From NCBI GenBank assembly GCA_022729235.1, contig JALDAJ010000001.1:768001-832000 (forward strand): DNA of 64,000 nt. The letters are read 5' to 3'. Of the stretch, positions 19,732 to 29,594 are shown piece after piece (the stretch's first letter is position 1; each line of letters begins with the position of its first letter). The DNA is from Candidatus Nanohalarchaeota archaeon. Its GTDB lineage: Archaea > Nanohalarchaeota > Nanosalinia > Nanosalinales > Nanosalinaceae. The notes below the pieces were generated by a model that was not told the DNA's origin, searched no databases, and saw nothing but the letters and a program-made list of their open reading frames with translations. The position numbers and the translations under genes are program-made.

Positions 19732-20964
19732 CTATCTTATCCGGTACCGGAGTATCGCTGCAACGCCTCCCATGTTGCTGAGTCGTCTGCCTTCTTCGTG
19801 GTCGGTGGATATGATTTCGAGCCCGGAGTTCATCTCCTCTGCTTTCTTACCGAACACGTCCACTATATCGCTGATGGTTTCCAGATCCATCTCATCGTTG
19901 CATTCATCGCATTCCATATCTTCCTCTATCTCTGGTTTCTCCTCGAATACTTCTTTCTCGTGCCCGTTCGGACACTCGTAGCGCGCGAGAAACAGGTCTA
20001 CATCCTCTGTTATCAGCAGCGTGTCAACCGCACCCATCCCTAGGGCTTTCTTCACCTGTTCGACGCCGTATTCGCTCTTACCGTTCTCCTCTCTCAGGTT
20101 GTCGAAGAACTCGTTGACCAGGTTCTTCTCCTTGACAACTTCTGCGTCCTGTATCGCGTCCTCCGCCTTGTTCACTAGCTCTTCCAGCGCTTCTTCACCG
20201 GAGTAGTTCAGATCCTCCGTCGCAACGACCTCGTCCCGCAGTTCCTGGTGCAGGTGGTCTTCCATGAACTTTTCCTTCGCGAATCCGGGACCTCCTACGA
20301 GTATCCCGAGGAGTTTGTCATCCCTTGCCTTCTGGAGGAGTGCGTTCTTTGCGTTTTCTGCCACGTCGCCCAGGAAGTTTTTCAGCATCTCTTTCCTGAT
20401 TCTGGCGAATCTTTGCGCGGATTGACCTCCTGCCCTCGTTTTTCCGGGTACTTCCGAGGACATTGTGTACTCTGTCTTGATATTCGAGCCCTGGAGGTAG
20501 CCTATGGCGGCGTCGTTCTTGTCTACTGCGATTAATCCGTAGACTTTGTCGGATACGACCATCTGTCTTAGAGGTTCCAGAACGAACTCCTTGTCGCAAC
20601 GGTAGTGCCGGGACTCGATTGGTTGTGGAGGAACAACCTCCCATACCTGTATATCCGGTCGTCCTTCCCGTTCCGACACATTTCCTGAGAAGAACGCGAC
20701 ACCGTTCTCAGGTGTTGTATGCTCTTCCTGCACCTTTCTACCGATCTTGTCAAGCGCTGCCTGAACATTCTTCCGGGTGTGCTTCGACTTGATGTTCTCC
20801 GCCTCTGATGCTTCCGATGTCACGAAGTCTGATATCTTCGACATGTCGTACCCTGCGGGGATGTACAGCGACACTAACTCGGTATTCCTGCCTCTGATAT
20901 CCTCCAGCTGGTTGATGAGCTTCTTCAACTGGTACTTGGTCATGGTCTGTGTTTCTTGAGTCAT
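19732..20964 (-). CDS. prf1: peptide chain release factor aRF1
   Basis: NIKS, YRCDKEF and GGQS motifs; C-terminal zinc-ribbon insert. Confidence 0.97.
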   Translation of the reverse strand: MTQETQTMTKYQLKKLINQLEDIRGRNTELVSLYIPAGYDMSKISDFVTSEASEAENIKSKHTRKNVQAALDKIGRKVQEEHTTPENGVAFFSGNVSEREGRPDIQVWEVVPPQPIESRHYRCDKEFVLEPLRQMVVSDKVYGLIAVDKNDAAIGYLQGSNIKTEYTMSSEVPGKTRAGGQSAQRFARIRKEMLKNFLGDVAENAKNALLQKARDDKLLGILVGGPGFAKEKFMEDHLHQELRDEVVATEDLNYSGEEALEELVNKAEDAIQDAEVVKEKNLVNEFFDNLREENGKSEYGVEQVKKALGMGAVDTLLITEDVDLFLARYECPNGHEKEVFEEKPEIEEDMECDECNDEMDLETISDIVDVFGKKAEEMNSGLEIISTDHEEGRRLSNMGGVAAILRYRIR

Positions 20965-21000
20965 GGGGTTGGATGCGGGCAGAATACTTTTATTTACAGG

Positions 21001-21174
21001 TCAGAAATGCTGCAGGAATTTTTCTCTGGACACGGTGTGGTAGTCGTAGTCAGGAGAGAATATCTCGAATGTAGCGGTCTCCATCTCACCAATCCCGATT
21101 TCCGCGAAGTCGAATTCTTCCGGGACTTCTTCTACTAGTTCTGTCTTTGGTCCAAGAGAGATTCCGATCTTCAT
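21001..21174 (-). pseudogene. internally deleted sugar-phosphate isomerase/epimerase-like remnant (57 aa)
   Basis: MKIGISLG...FDFAEIGIGEME fused in frame to TATFEIFSPDYDYHTVSREKFLQHF*, resembling the N- and C-termini of this TIM-barrel family. Confidence 0.5.
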
Positions 21175-21243
21175 TTTAACCTAAATATTGAGAATTATTG
21201 ATTTAAAGGCAATTTTCCCTCATTCTGACTATACAGGGATATC

Positions 21244-22116
21244 ATGGTGACGATTATAGAGCTCGGTGTCGTAGTTGCTCTTTTGGCATCTCTGGTCTCA
21301 GCTTTAAGAGATGCGTTCCAGAAGAAGCTTACTGATGGCTTTACTTCTGTAGAGATTGGTTTTATCGGACAGGTTTACGGTGTTGTATTGCTGGCTCCCC
21401 TGACTCTTTACGTTTACCTTACGAGTGAGGCTGTGATGACATCCACTGTTTTTCTTTCGATTCTCGTGGTTTCGACCTGCATAGTTCTCGCTTTTTACTT
21501 CTTCATCGAGGCGTTGAGAGACACGGATATATCGATCGTCTCGCCTTTGAGAAGGTCGACGCCTATAGTCGTCGCACTTCTGGAACCTCTAGTTCTGGGG
21601 GTAAGTTATCGTTCTGTTGTGTTGCTCGCCGGTGCTCTAGGGACTGTTGGTGCCTATGTATTGATGGCTGATGAAGGTTTCATGGAGCCTATACTGAATC
21701 TCAGGGAGAGAGGGGCTCAAATGGCTCTTGCCTCGACTTTTGTATTTGCTATATCTGCCATATCTCTGAGGTATGGAACCACTAATTACGATACTATTCT
21801 CTTCACTTATCTGGTCTACCTGCTAGGTCTAGTTGGTTTCTGGTTCTTGATGGTCGGAGGTTCCCATAGTGTTTCTAGACCTGACTACCTTGATTCCGAT
21901 ATGATATGGATGGGGTCTCTGAACACTGTGGCGGCGGTCATGACCTTTTACGCCTTCTCACTTATATCTGCCTCTGAGGTTACTATCGTAAAGCAAACCA
22001 CAGGGATATTCGGGATTCTCGTTGGAGGTGCGTACTTCAGGGAGTCAGAGTTGTTAAGAAAGCTCATCGGTACCCTGATAGTGATCGCCGGGGTTGTTCT
22101 GGTGGTCCTTTACTAG
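21244..22116 (+). CDS. EamA/DMT family transporter
   Basis: About 10 TM segments in two repeats; AL...DISIVSP and FRE motifs. Confidence 0.85.
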   Translation: MVTIIELGVVVALLASLVSALRDAFQKKLTDGFTSVEIGFIGQVYGVVLLAPLTLYVYLTSEAVMTSTVFLSILVVSTCIVLAFYFFIEALRDTDISIVSPLRRSTPIVVALLEPLVLGVSYRSVVLLAGALGTVGAYVLMADEGFMEPILNLRERGAQMALASTFVFAISAISLRYGTTNYDTILFTYLVYLLGLVGFWFLMVGGSHSVSRPDYLDSDMIWMGSLNTVAAVMTFYAFSLISASEVTIVKQTTGIFGILVGGAYFRESELLRKLIGTLIVIAGVVLVVLY

Positions 22117-24707
22117 TTCTTCACTATCACGAACCCGTCTCCGGCTTCCAGCATCTCTCCTTCTCCCTTGTAGCGGTGTTCTTCTTCGACCTCGAACATC
22201 TCGGGTTTGAGTAGTTCGCCTGCAACTCTGAGTCTGCCGGCGTCAATCTTCCATTCGTTTTTCTCCAGAGCCTCTTCTATCTCGGAGACCTTGTTCCCGT
22301 ACTCTGGTCCTGCGACCTCGTAGTCAAGCTTGATTTCGATGACTTCCTGCTCGGTCTCCGGCTCTTCTTCGAGTACTTCCAGGGTGTCAACGTGCATAAC
22401 GTCTTTGATGGCTGCCTGGAAGCCTTCGATATCGCCGTATATCTGGACTTTTCTCAGGGTTTTGTTGAGAGGCATCTGCCTCTTCGACTTATACTTTCTC
22501 AGTGCGGAGATGACGTCCATCGCCTGTTCTCCCTTCTCCAGGTCTGCCCTGACTCCTTCTTTCTCGGGCCAGGAAGAGGTGTGGATGGAACCTTCCCCGT
22601 ATATCTCGTGCCAGATCTCCTCGGTTATGTGAGAGAGGAATGGCGCGAACATCTTCAGGAATGCGCGGTGTGACCGTCTGAGGGCGTGCTCGGCGGAACG
22701 GATGTCTTCTCCTTCCAGTCTCTGCTTTGATATCTCAAGGTAGTTGTCGCAGAAAGTTTCCCAGAAGACGTGTCTCAGGCGGTCGCGGGCTTTTGAGAAC
22801 TCGTAGTTCTCCATTTTCTCGGTAACGTACTCTATGGTTTCATCTAACTTGGCTAGCATCCACCTGTCGATTTCTTCCAGTTCCTCCTCCCGGACATCAG
22901 GGTCACGTGGTGCAAGCCTGTCAACAAGCTTTGAGGCGTTCCACAGTTTCCTGAGCAGTTTTTCACCTGCTTCAAGATCACCTTCGTTGAATGGGAGGTC
23001 GTCCCCGACCCTTGAACCTGCGCTCCAGTATCTTGCGGCGTCGACAGGGTACTCTTCCAGGACTTCCTGTGGAAGTACGACGTTTCCTTTTGATTTGGAC
23101 ATCTTTTCACGGTTCTCGTCAAGCACCATTCCGTTGATCATGACATCCTCGAATGGGACTTCTCCGGTGTGTTCAAGACATTTTACAACTGTGTGGAAAA
23201 GCCAGAAGGAGATGATGTCGTGTCCCTGTGGTCTGAGGTTCATAGGGTAAAGCCCTGGTCTCTGCATCATGTATTCTTCGCTCTCGGAGTCCCAGTCCCA
23301 GTCGGCGTTGATAAGCGGTGTTAGCGAGGAGGTTGCCCATGTGTCGAAGACATCCTCCTCCGGCTTAAAGTTCTGCGAGCTGCAGTCAGGGCATTCATCG
23401 ACTGGTGGCTCGTCCTGCAGCGGGTCGACTGGTAGCTGTTCTTTTTCCGCTATTATCTCCTGTCCGCAGTCTTTACAGTACCAGACCGGGAACGGGATAC
23501 CGGAATCCCGCTGTCTTGAGATACACCAGTCCCACTGTAGACCTTCGATCCAGTGCTTGTACCGCGTGAACATCTTTTCAGGGTACCAGTCCAGTTCTTT
23601 ACCTGCTTCCAGGTATTCTTCCCTCTTGTCAAGCAGCTTGACGTACCACTGTTCTGTTACCAGGAATTCTATCCCGGTTCCACAGCGTTCGTGGACCTGG
23701 ACAGTGTGAGTTATATCCTCCTGTTCGAGCAGGTTATTGGCTTCTTGGAGGTCTTTTATTATGGCCTTTCTGGCTTCATCAGTTGTCATACCTTCGTACT
23801 CTCCGGCGACATCAGTCATGATACCTGCCTCGTCTATTGCAACGCGCAGATCAAGATTGTGTGCTTGGTACCATTCGATGTCTGTCTGGTCTCCGAAGGT
23901 ACAGCACATGACTACGCCAGTACCCTTCTCCATTTCAACACGCTCGTCTTTGAGTATAGGGACCTCGTGACCGAAGATAGGGACGACTGCGTCTTCTCCT
24001 GCAAGGTGGCTGTTGGCGTCATCATCAGGGTGTACAAATATTGCGACACATGCCGGCAGGAGTTCTGGTCTTGTAGTTGATATGACTACTGAGCCTTCTC
24101 CCGCGGCAAGTTCGAACTCTATGTCGTTGAAGCTTGAATGTTTCTCCGCGTCCTCTGTCTCAACCTGGGATATAGCGGTCTCGCACTCAGGACACCAGAT
24201 AGCGGGTGCTTCCTCCCGGTATTCTCTGCCGTTCTCGTAGAGGTCGATGAAGGAGAGCTGTGATATTTTCTGGACACGGGGTTCTATGGTCTTGTATACA
24301 TTGCTCCAGTCCATCGAGAACGCGAACGTCTGCATGACCTCTTCGAATTCTTCCTCGTATTCTTCGCATATCTTCCGGGTTTTCTCCTGGAACTTTCTAC
24401 GCGTAAAGTTCTGGTGCTCTATACCGAGTTCTCTTTCTGTTAAACGTTCTGATGCGATCCCGTTGTCGTCGTGCCCGAATGGGAAGTAAACATTTTTTCC
24501 ACGCATCCGCTGGAACCGTGCCATAAAGTCTGTTAGTGTGTTTCCGTAGGTGTGTCCGAAGTGCAGGTTTCCTGATACAGTTGGTGGTGGCGTGTCGATT
24601 GAGAATACCTCTGCATCACTTTCCCTGTCGTAGAAATAGGTCTCGTTTTGAACCCATCTGTTACTCCATTTCTGTTCGGATTCTTCTGGATGGTAGTTTC
24701 CTTTCAT
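22113..24707 (-). CDS. valS: valine--tRNA ligase
   Basis: IDTPPPTVSG.LHFGH, DWCISRQR, KMSKS. Confidence 0.97.
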   Translation of the reverse strand: MKGNYHPEESEQKWSNRWVQNETYFYDRESDAEVFSIDTPPPTVSGNLHFGHTYGNTLTDFMARFQRMRGKNVYFPFGHDDNGIASERLTERELGIEHQNFTRRKFQEKTRKICEEYEEEFEEVMQTFAFSMDWSNVYKTIEPRVQKISQLSFIDLYENGREYREEAPAIWCPECETAISQVETEDAEKHSSFNDIEFELAAGEGSVVISTTRPELLPACVAIFVHPDDDANSHLAGEDAVVPIFGHEVPILKDERVEMEKGTGVVMCCTFGDQTDIEWYQAHNLDLRVAIDEAGIMTDVAGEYEGMTTDEARKAIIKDLQEANNLLEQEDITHTVQVHERCGTGIEFLVTEQWYVKLLDKREEYLEAGKELDWYPEKMFTRYKHWIEGLQWDWCISRQRDSGIPFPVWYCKDCGQEIIAEKEQLPVDPLQDEPPVDECPDCSSQNFKPEEDVFDTWATSSLTPLINADWDWDSESEEYMMQRPGLYPMNLRPQGHDIISFWLFHTVVKCLEHTGEVPFEDVMINGMVLDENREKMSKSKGNVVLPQEVLEEYPVDAARYWSAGSRVGDDLPFNEGDLEAGEKLLRKLWNASKLVDRLAPRDPDVREEELEEIDRWMLAKLDETIEYVTEKMENYEFSKARDRLRHVFWETFCDNYLEISKQRLEGEDIRSAEHALRRSHRAFLKMFAPFLSHITEEIWHEIYGEGSIHTSSWPEKEGVRADLEKGEQAMDVISALRKYKSKRQMPLNKTLRKVQIYGDIEGFQAAIKDVMHVDTLEVLEEEPETEQEVIEIKLDYEVAGPEYGNKVSEIEEALEKNEWKIDAGRLRVAGELLKPEMFEVEEEHRYKGEGEMLEAGDGFVIVKN

Positions 24708-25033
24708 ATTTCTCGGTCCTTAAAAGGAGTCGACTGTACGACTCTTAAATTCCTTTTCAGGTTTTGAGGAGTGGTAAAGCTGTGTCTGGTTGATGTCGAG
24801 TTTGTGCAAGTTAAGCCACCTTTGAAAATCAAGTTGGGTAAAAGGGCCGGAGCTTCTTCAGGGGTTGAGAACTGTTCCTGACCGTACAAAACGGCCACCC
24901 TTGGTTGGATGGGTTGATAGCTCCATAACAGGGTAAATGTACGCGAATTTTATAAAATCACTTTCTTTTGTACAGGGTTGTTCACTCAAAACGAAAAGCC
25001 ATATAAAGATTTTTTATCTTATAGTCACAACAT

Positions 25034-25420
25034 ATGAACAGCAATTTTGCCTCCGGAAATCTTCCGGAGAGACCTGAGATAGATATGCTTGATGGTCTAC
25101 GCTTAGAATATGTCTCCAGTGTTTTGAGGTTCTTTGCAGACGTCTCAGACCTTCGTTTCACTGGAGAATTCGTTGATTGCGAAGAGTACAGCAGGATAAT
25201 TGTTCTCGTAAACGGTGTTAAGAGGACAGAGGATATCGATGAGGCGATAGCCCAGCTTACAGATGAGAGTCCTGAGAAGATTCTCATAGAGGATGAAAGT
25301 AGTAAAGTAGCCTGTTACCAGTTCTCTATAGGAGAGGAGGGGCTAGAGACTAATTTTGTTCTCGTGTGCTCGGATGAACTGCCGGATACGTGTCCTGTTA
25401 CGGATTTTTACAGTATCTAG
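25034..25420 (+). CDS. hypothetical protein
   Basis: 128-aa acidic ORF, ATG after an AT-rich promoter-like stretch. Confidence 0.6.
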   Translation: MNSNFASGNLPERPEIDMLDGLRLEYVSSVLRFFADVSDLRFTGEFVDCEEYSRIIVLVNGVKRTEDIDEAIAQLTDESPEKILIEDESSKVACYQFSIGEEGLETNFVLVCSDELPDTCPVTDFYSI

Positions 25421-25463
25421 AATCACTGCCTCCCGTTACACTCGGTTTCTGTGAGAGCCTGTT

Positions 25464-26246
25464 CTAGGATGCAAAACGTGACAGCTTCGCATCTCCCGGA
25501 AACTCCATGCCGTCTTCCGCGAACACGACTTTCGCGCCGATTTCCTCATCCAGCCACTCTTTCTGCTCGTCTAGGTCGGTGTCAAGGAACTTGTACCCGA
25601 AATGCGTCACTATAACAGTGTTGATGTCTAGGTCTTCTACGATATCCGGTATCTCGTCCAGAGAGGTGTGGCTGGGTACACTTTCATTCCTCGGTCTTCC
25701 ACAGTAGACTACTACGATGTCGCAGTCCTGGTAGAATGCTGTCAGCTCTTCCGAGTACTCTGTGTCCGTCCAGAAACCGACTGATTTTTCCTCTGTCTCC
25801 AGTATGAAGCCCTGGGTCTTGGGGTCGCCGTGGAACATCTGCTGCGACCTTATAGCCAGGTCTTTGAACTCGTGCTCCGAGCCTTCTTCAAGCGTTTCTA
25901 CGCGCCCAATCTGGTTCTGGTGGTAGTCGGTTATACATTTCTCTATATCTCCGTAACCTCTTAACACGGATTCGTTCGCAAACACTGCGCCTTCTTTCTC
26001 GTTAACCTCGGTTATCATCTCTATAAGCGCGTTCGCATCGTTGACGTGGTCGAGGTGTCCGTGTGAAACGATGACTGCTTCTGTCTCCTCTGGTTCGTCC
26101 ATCTCGTGGCAGTGCACGAGCGCTCCGGGTCCAGGATCGACATGTACCTGCGTCTCATCCGTCTTGACCAGAATACCTCCGGTTTTCCGTCTCTGAGTTC
26201 CTGTAACGTAGCGCCCTCCGCCTGTCCCTAGAAAATGGAGTTTCAT
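25464..26246 (-). CDS. MBL-fold metallo-hydrolase (RNase Z/PhnP-like, archaeal)
   Basis: FLGTGGGR, DPGPG, SHGHLDH, TDT, THF. Confidence 0.88.
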   Translation of the reverse strand: MKLHFLGTGGGRYVTGTQRRKTGGILVKTDETQVHVDPGPGALVHCHEMDEPEETEAVIVSHGHLDHVNDANALIEMITEVNEKEGAVFANESVLRGYGDIEKCITDYHQNQIGRVETLEEGSEHEFKDLAIRSQQMFHGDPKTQGFILETEEKSVGFWTDTEYSEELTAFYQDCDIVVVYCGRPRNESVPSHTSLDEIPDIVEDLDINTVIVTHFGYKFLDTDLDEQKEWLDEEIGAKVVFAEDGMEFPGDAKLSRFAS

Positions 26247-26344
26247 GAGGTTTCAAGTCCTTGCTAAGTCTAATAATGTTTTCCTGTAGTTGGTTGCGGA
26301 TCTGCCCATGATTTCTAATAAAAGCTTTTGTCTCCAGTTGTTTA

Positions 26345-26656
26345 ATGGAGCTTATGAGTTCTGCTGAATATATAGATACTGTAGAAACCTCAAAAGGATC
26401 TAAGGTCGCCTATGGAACTTTTCTGAATGATGAAGGAGAGAAATATTCTGTCTGGGTGAGAGAGGGTGGTGGTTGTATGGATATAACTTTGAATCATGCT
26501 TGGGGAGATTCCAAAACATATGTTGTCGATGTAAATCCTCTAGATTCGGAGAAAAATCCTTGGCTGCCTGGTGATGACGAAGAACTTGGTAAGTTTGCAG
26601 ACTGGGCACTAAAGAAGTCTGATCAATGGAAGAGGACTATCCAGAAACTCGCCTGA
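26345..26656 (+). CDS. hypothetical protein
   Basis: 103-aa ORF with ATG start; no motif. Confidence 0.55.
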   Translation: MELMSSAEYIDTVETSKGSKVAYGTFLNDEGEKYSVWVREGGGCMDITLNHAWGDSKTYVVDVNPLDSEKNPWLPGDDEELGKFADWALKKSDQWKRTIQKLA

Positions 26657-26707
26657 GTAACTTCTCTTACCAAAACCTTTAATAGTGTCACTGAGCAATA
26701 ACAACAT

Positions 26708-26824
26708 ATGCAAGTGGCTGAACAGGCGTATGACGATGTCGCCCAGAAAAACCTTGAAGAGCTCAGAGAGGAAGTCCCTGTAAGGGACGTAGAGCTCCAG
26801 AGAAGGGAGTTTTCAACTGGGTGA
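26708..26824 (+). CDS. small protein (38 aa), absent from the ORF track
   Basis: TTTAAT about 25 nt upstream; MQVAEQAYDDVAQKNLEELREE...STG*; its end supplies the GGGTGA SD of the next ORF. Confidence 0.5.
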   Translation: MQVAEQAYDDVAQKNLEELREEVPVRDVELQRREFSTG

Positions 26825-26830
26825 TTCTTT

Positions 26831-27145
26831 ATGGATAGAGTAGATATCGTGGATGTTGATGGTAATCGTTACGTTGCTGTCCCAGAGGTAAGTAGCTTGT
26901 CAGGAAAGATGGAAATAACTGTAGTAGATTACTCTGACAGGCACTTCCTGGATAATTCCCGGGAGAATGTTGGAGACACCACGGTAGTGGACGAGCAGTC
27001 GTATATGTCAAATCGTTGGTCGACCTACAGAAAAGTTATTGAGTCTATGAACCAAGACAATGAAGACCCAGTCGAAGCTATTCTTGGAGAAAATGTCAGT
27101 GAGGAAGAGCTTACAGGTTCGCCTACGGCAGGAGCCTTCAGGTGA
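26831..27145 (+). CDS. hypothetical protein
   Basis: GGGTGA SD; acidic 104 aa. Confidence 0.65.
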   Translation: MDRVDIVDVDGNRYVAVPEVSSLSGKMEITVVDYSDRHFLDNSRENVGDTTVVDEQSYMSNRWSTYRKVIESMNQDNEDPVEAILGENVSEEELTGSPTAGAFR

Positions 27146-27204
27146 TATTATCTGGGAAAAATGCTGAGTTCAAAGAGGTATCTATCAATATTTGAGGTGA
27201 GATC

Positions 27205-27426
27205 ATGACACAAGACGAAACACCGGCACTTCCCGCTGGCGATGATAAGATCATTGTCGCAGGAGACGCTGACGGAGACTTTGAATCTGCTCTAGAATAT
27301 GACGTGCATAGAGTAGAGCAGGGTGAGGTAGAGGACGTTGGTCTGGGATACGATGCAGACGGCGATGTAAGAGGAGAGATTTTGGGAGTATCTCAGTACC
27401 ACGAAGATGTAGACGTGATTAGGTAG
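27205..27426 (+). CDS. hypothetical acidic small protein
   Basis: GAGGTGA SD; 73 aa. Confidence 0.65.
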   Translation: MTQDETPALPAGDDKIIVAGDADGDFESALEYDVHRVEQGEVEDVGLGYDADGDVRGEILGVSQYHEDVDVIR

Positions 27427-27430
27427 TTCT

Positions 27431-29536
27431 CTACTTAACCTCACTCCCTATTTCCATTTCTTCTTCTGTTCCTAGCAGTGCTACGTTGCCGTCTTCGTCT
27501 TCTGCAGCGAGCATCATGCACTCGCTCTTCTCTCCCCGCAGTTCGGATGCTTCGAGGTTGGCTAGTACCACTACCATGCGTCCTTCCAGCTCTTCTGGTT
27601 CGTAGTGGTTGACGAGTCCGGCACAGGTCTGTAATTGCTCGCTTCCAACATCTATCTGGACTTTGTACAACCTGTCCGCGTTTGGATGTTCCTCTACTTC
27701 AATTATTTTTCCTATCCTGATGTCTATTTCCTGGAATTCTTCGAATGAAATCTCGTCTGTCATTTTGACACCCTCTGTTTCTTCATCTTGTTCCTCTTCT
27801 TTTTTATCCTCTGCATCGACCTTTTCAAAGAGTACTTCTCGCTCGCCGAGCTCGTGACCGGATTCGATTCCGCCTAGAAGAGGGTCGATGAACTCGTCGT
27901 AGCCTTCCTCGGCGTGTATATCCGTGTCTAGCATATCCTCTATCTTCTCCGAGGCTTCTGGTGTGAATGGGTACAGTAACACGGCGAGTCCTCTAACAAT
28001 CTGTACTGCGACCTGTAGCACTGCTTCTCTCCTGTCTTCATTGTTCCACGGTTCTTCCTCGCTTAAGTATTGGTCGCCGAGTCTCGCAAGTTCTAGCGCC
28101 TTGTTTAGTCCTTCACGAAGATTATGGTCTTCAAACGCTTCCTGGTACTCATCTACTATCTTCTCGGCGCGGTGGATAGCTTCCTCGTCTGCCCTCTCCA
28201 GTTCCCCAACAGGTACTTCGTTGTCGAACCATTTCTCGGTTAATGCGAGCGTCCGGTTGACGAAGTTGCCGACCGTGTCGTTGAGGACGTTATTGATCTC
28301 GGATTCGAAGTCGTCCCAGGAGAACGTGGTGTCCTGTCCCTGCGGCAGGTTGCGTGATAGGTAGAACCTCCAGTAATCTGAGGGGTACATGTCCAGTGCT
28401 TCCTCAGTGGAAAGCCCTTTACCCCGCGACTTCGAGAACTTGGTGTCTTCCGCGAGCAGGAACTCCTGGATGAATTCGTAGTAAGGCATTGTGTACTGTT
28501 CTTCTTCTGTCGAGGCACCTATCAGCATCGATGGCCAGATAACGGTGTGGAATATGGTGTTGTCCTTGCCGATTGAGTAGTATACCTTGCTCTGGTAGTC
28601 TTTCCAGTACTTCTTCCATGTCGCATCGGCTTCGCCGCTGCTTTCGTGACCTTTTTCGGCAAAAAGCTCACGTGTGAATCCGATGTATCCTATCGGCGCG
28701 TCGAACCAGACATAAAGCACCTTGTTATCGTATCTCTCTGGGTCGAGCTTCTGGACGTCGAGTCCTTCGTTTTCTATTCTTTCGTTGACTCTTTCTGAGG
28801 GTATTTCGAAGCCCCAGTTGATGTCTCTCGTGATGCACCGTTGTTCTGTTCCCTCGATAGCGTTCCTGACCTCTTCTATCTTCGAGTCAGGTACTGGCTG
28901 TGTATCCGCCTCTTCCAGCCATTCGTTCAGCTTGTCCTTGAACTGTGGCAGATCGAGGAACAGGTGTGTGGTGTCCCTGAACTCTATGTCGCGCTCGCCG
29001 CAGATCTGGCACTCCGGCTCGATTATCTCTTCTGGTTCAACTAACTTTCCGCAGTCATCGCATTGGTCGCCCCGCGCTAAACCTCCACAGTGCGGGCATT
29101 CACCTTCGATGTACCGGTCAGGTAAGAAGCGCTCGTCGTTTAAACAGTACGGCAGGTTCTGCTCTTTCTCTTTTATGTAACCCGAGCAGTAAAGTTCTTC
29201 GAACATGTCATGTGTCTGTTTCCGGTTGTACTCGCTGTGCGTGTCCGAGTAGATGGAGAAGTCCATGTCCATACGTTCCAGGACTTTTTTCACTTTCTCG
29301 TGCTGCTCCTGTTTCAGTTCTTCCACCGGGATTCCGCGTTCAATAGCTTCCAGTTCCAGCGGTGTGCCGTGCACATCACTTCCGCAGACGTAGATGTTAT
29401 CCGTGCCTTTCAGGTCAAGGTAGCGGTGGAATATATCCGCGGGGAGAAGGCTTCCTACGATGTTTCCAAGGTGAGGTACTCCGTGGATGTACGGCAGTGC
29501 CGATGTAACAGTTACGCGTTCGTGTTCGAAGGTGAT
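27431..29536 (-). CDS. metG: methionine--tRNA ligase with C-terminal tRNA-binding domain; start codon unresolved
   Basis: Open frame extends upstream of the track start through VTSALPYIHGVPHLGN; zinc knuckles, YVWFDA, KFSKS and OB-fold tail present; in-frame TGA at 29539-29537. Confidence 0.95.
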   Translation of the reverse strand: MTFEHERVTVTSALPYIHGVPHLGNIVGSLLPADIFHRYLDLKGTDNIYVCGSDVHGTPLELEAIERGIPVEELKQEQHEKVKKVLERMDMDFSIYSDTHSEYNRKQTHDMFEELYCSGYIKEKEQNLPYCLNDERFLPDRYIEGECPHCGGLARGDQCDDCGKLVEPEEIIEPECQICGERDIEFRDTTHLFLDLPQFKDKLNEWLEEADTQPVPDSKIEEVRNAIEGTEQRCITRDINWGFEIPSERVNERIENEGLDVQKLDPERYDNKVLYVWFDAPIGYIGFTRELFAEKGHESSGEADATWKKYWKDYQSKVYYSIGKDNTIFHTVIWPSMLIGASTEEEQYTMPYYEFIQEFLLAEDTKFSKSRGKGLSTEEALDMYPSDYWRFYLSRNLPQGQDTTFSWDDFESEINNVLNDTVGNFVNRTLALTEKWFDNEVPVGELERADEEAIHRAEKIVDEYQEAFEDHNLREGLNKALELARLGDQYLSEEEPWNNEDRREAVLQVAVQIVRGLAVLLYPFTPEASEKIEDMLDTDIHAEEGYDEFIDPLLGGIESGHELGEREVLFEKVDAEDKKEEEQDEETEGVKMTDEISFEEFQEIDIRIGKIIEVEEHPNADRLYKVQIDVGSEQLQTCAGLVNHYEPEELEGRMVVVLANLEASELRGEKSECMMLAAEDEDGNVALLGTEEEMEIGSEVK

Positions 29537-29594
29537 TCACCTAGGGAAGTCTATGAAGGCAATTCTTTAAACAGCTTTCTTGTGTGACCTTGTG

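Noticed and set aside
24708-24926. T-box riboswitch upstream of valS
   Set aside because: AGGGTGGC lacks the following ACC of the T-box consensus, and UGGC would not pair with tRNA-Val ACCA.
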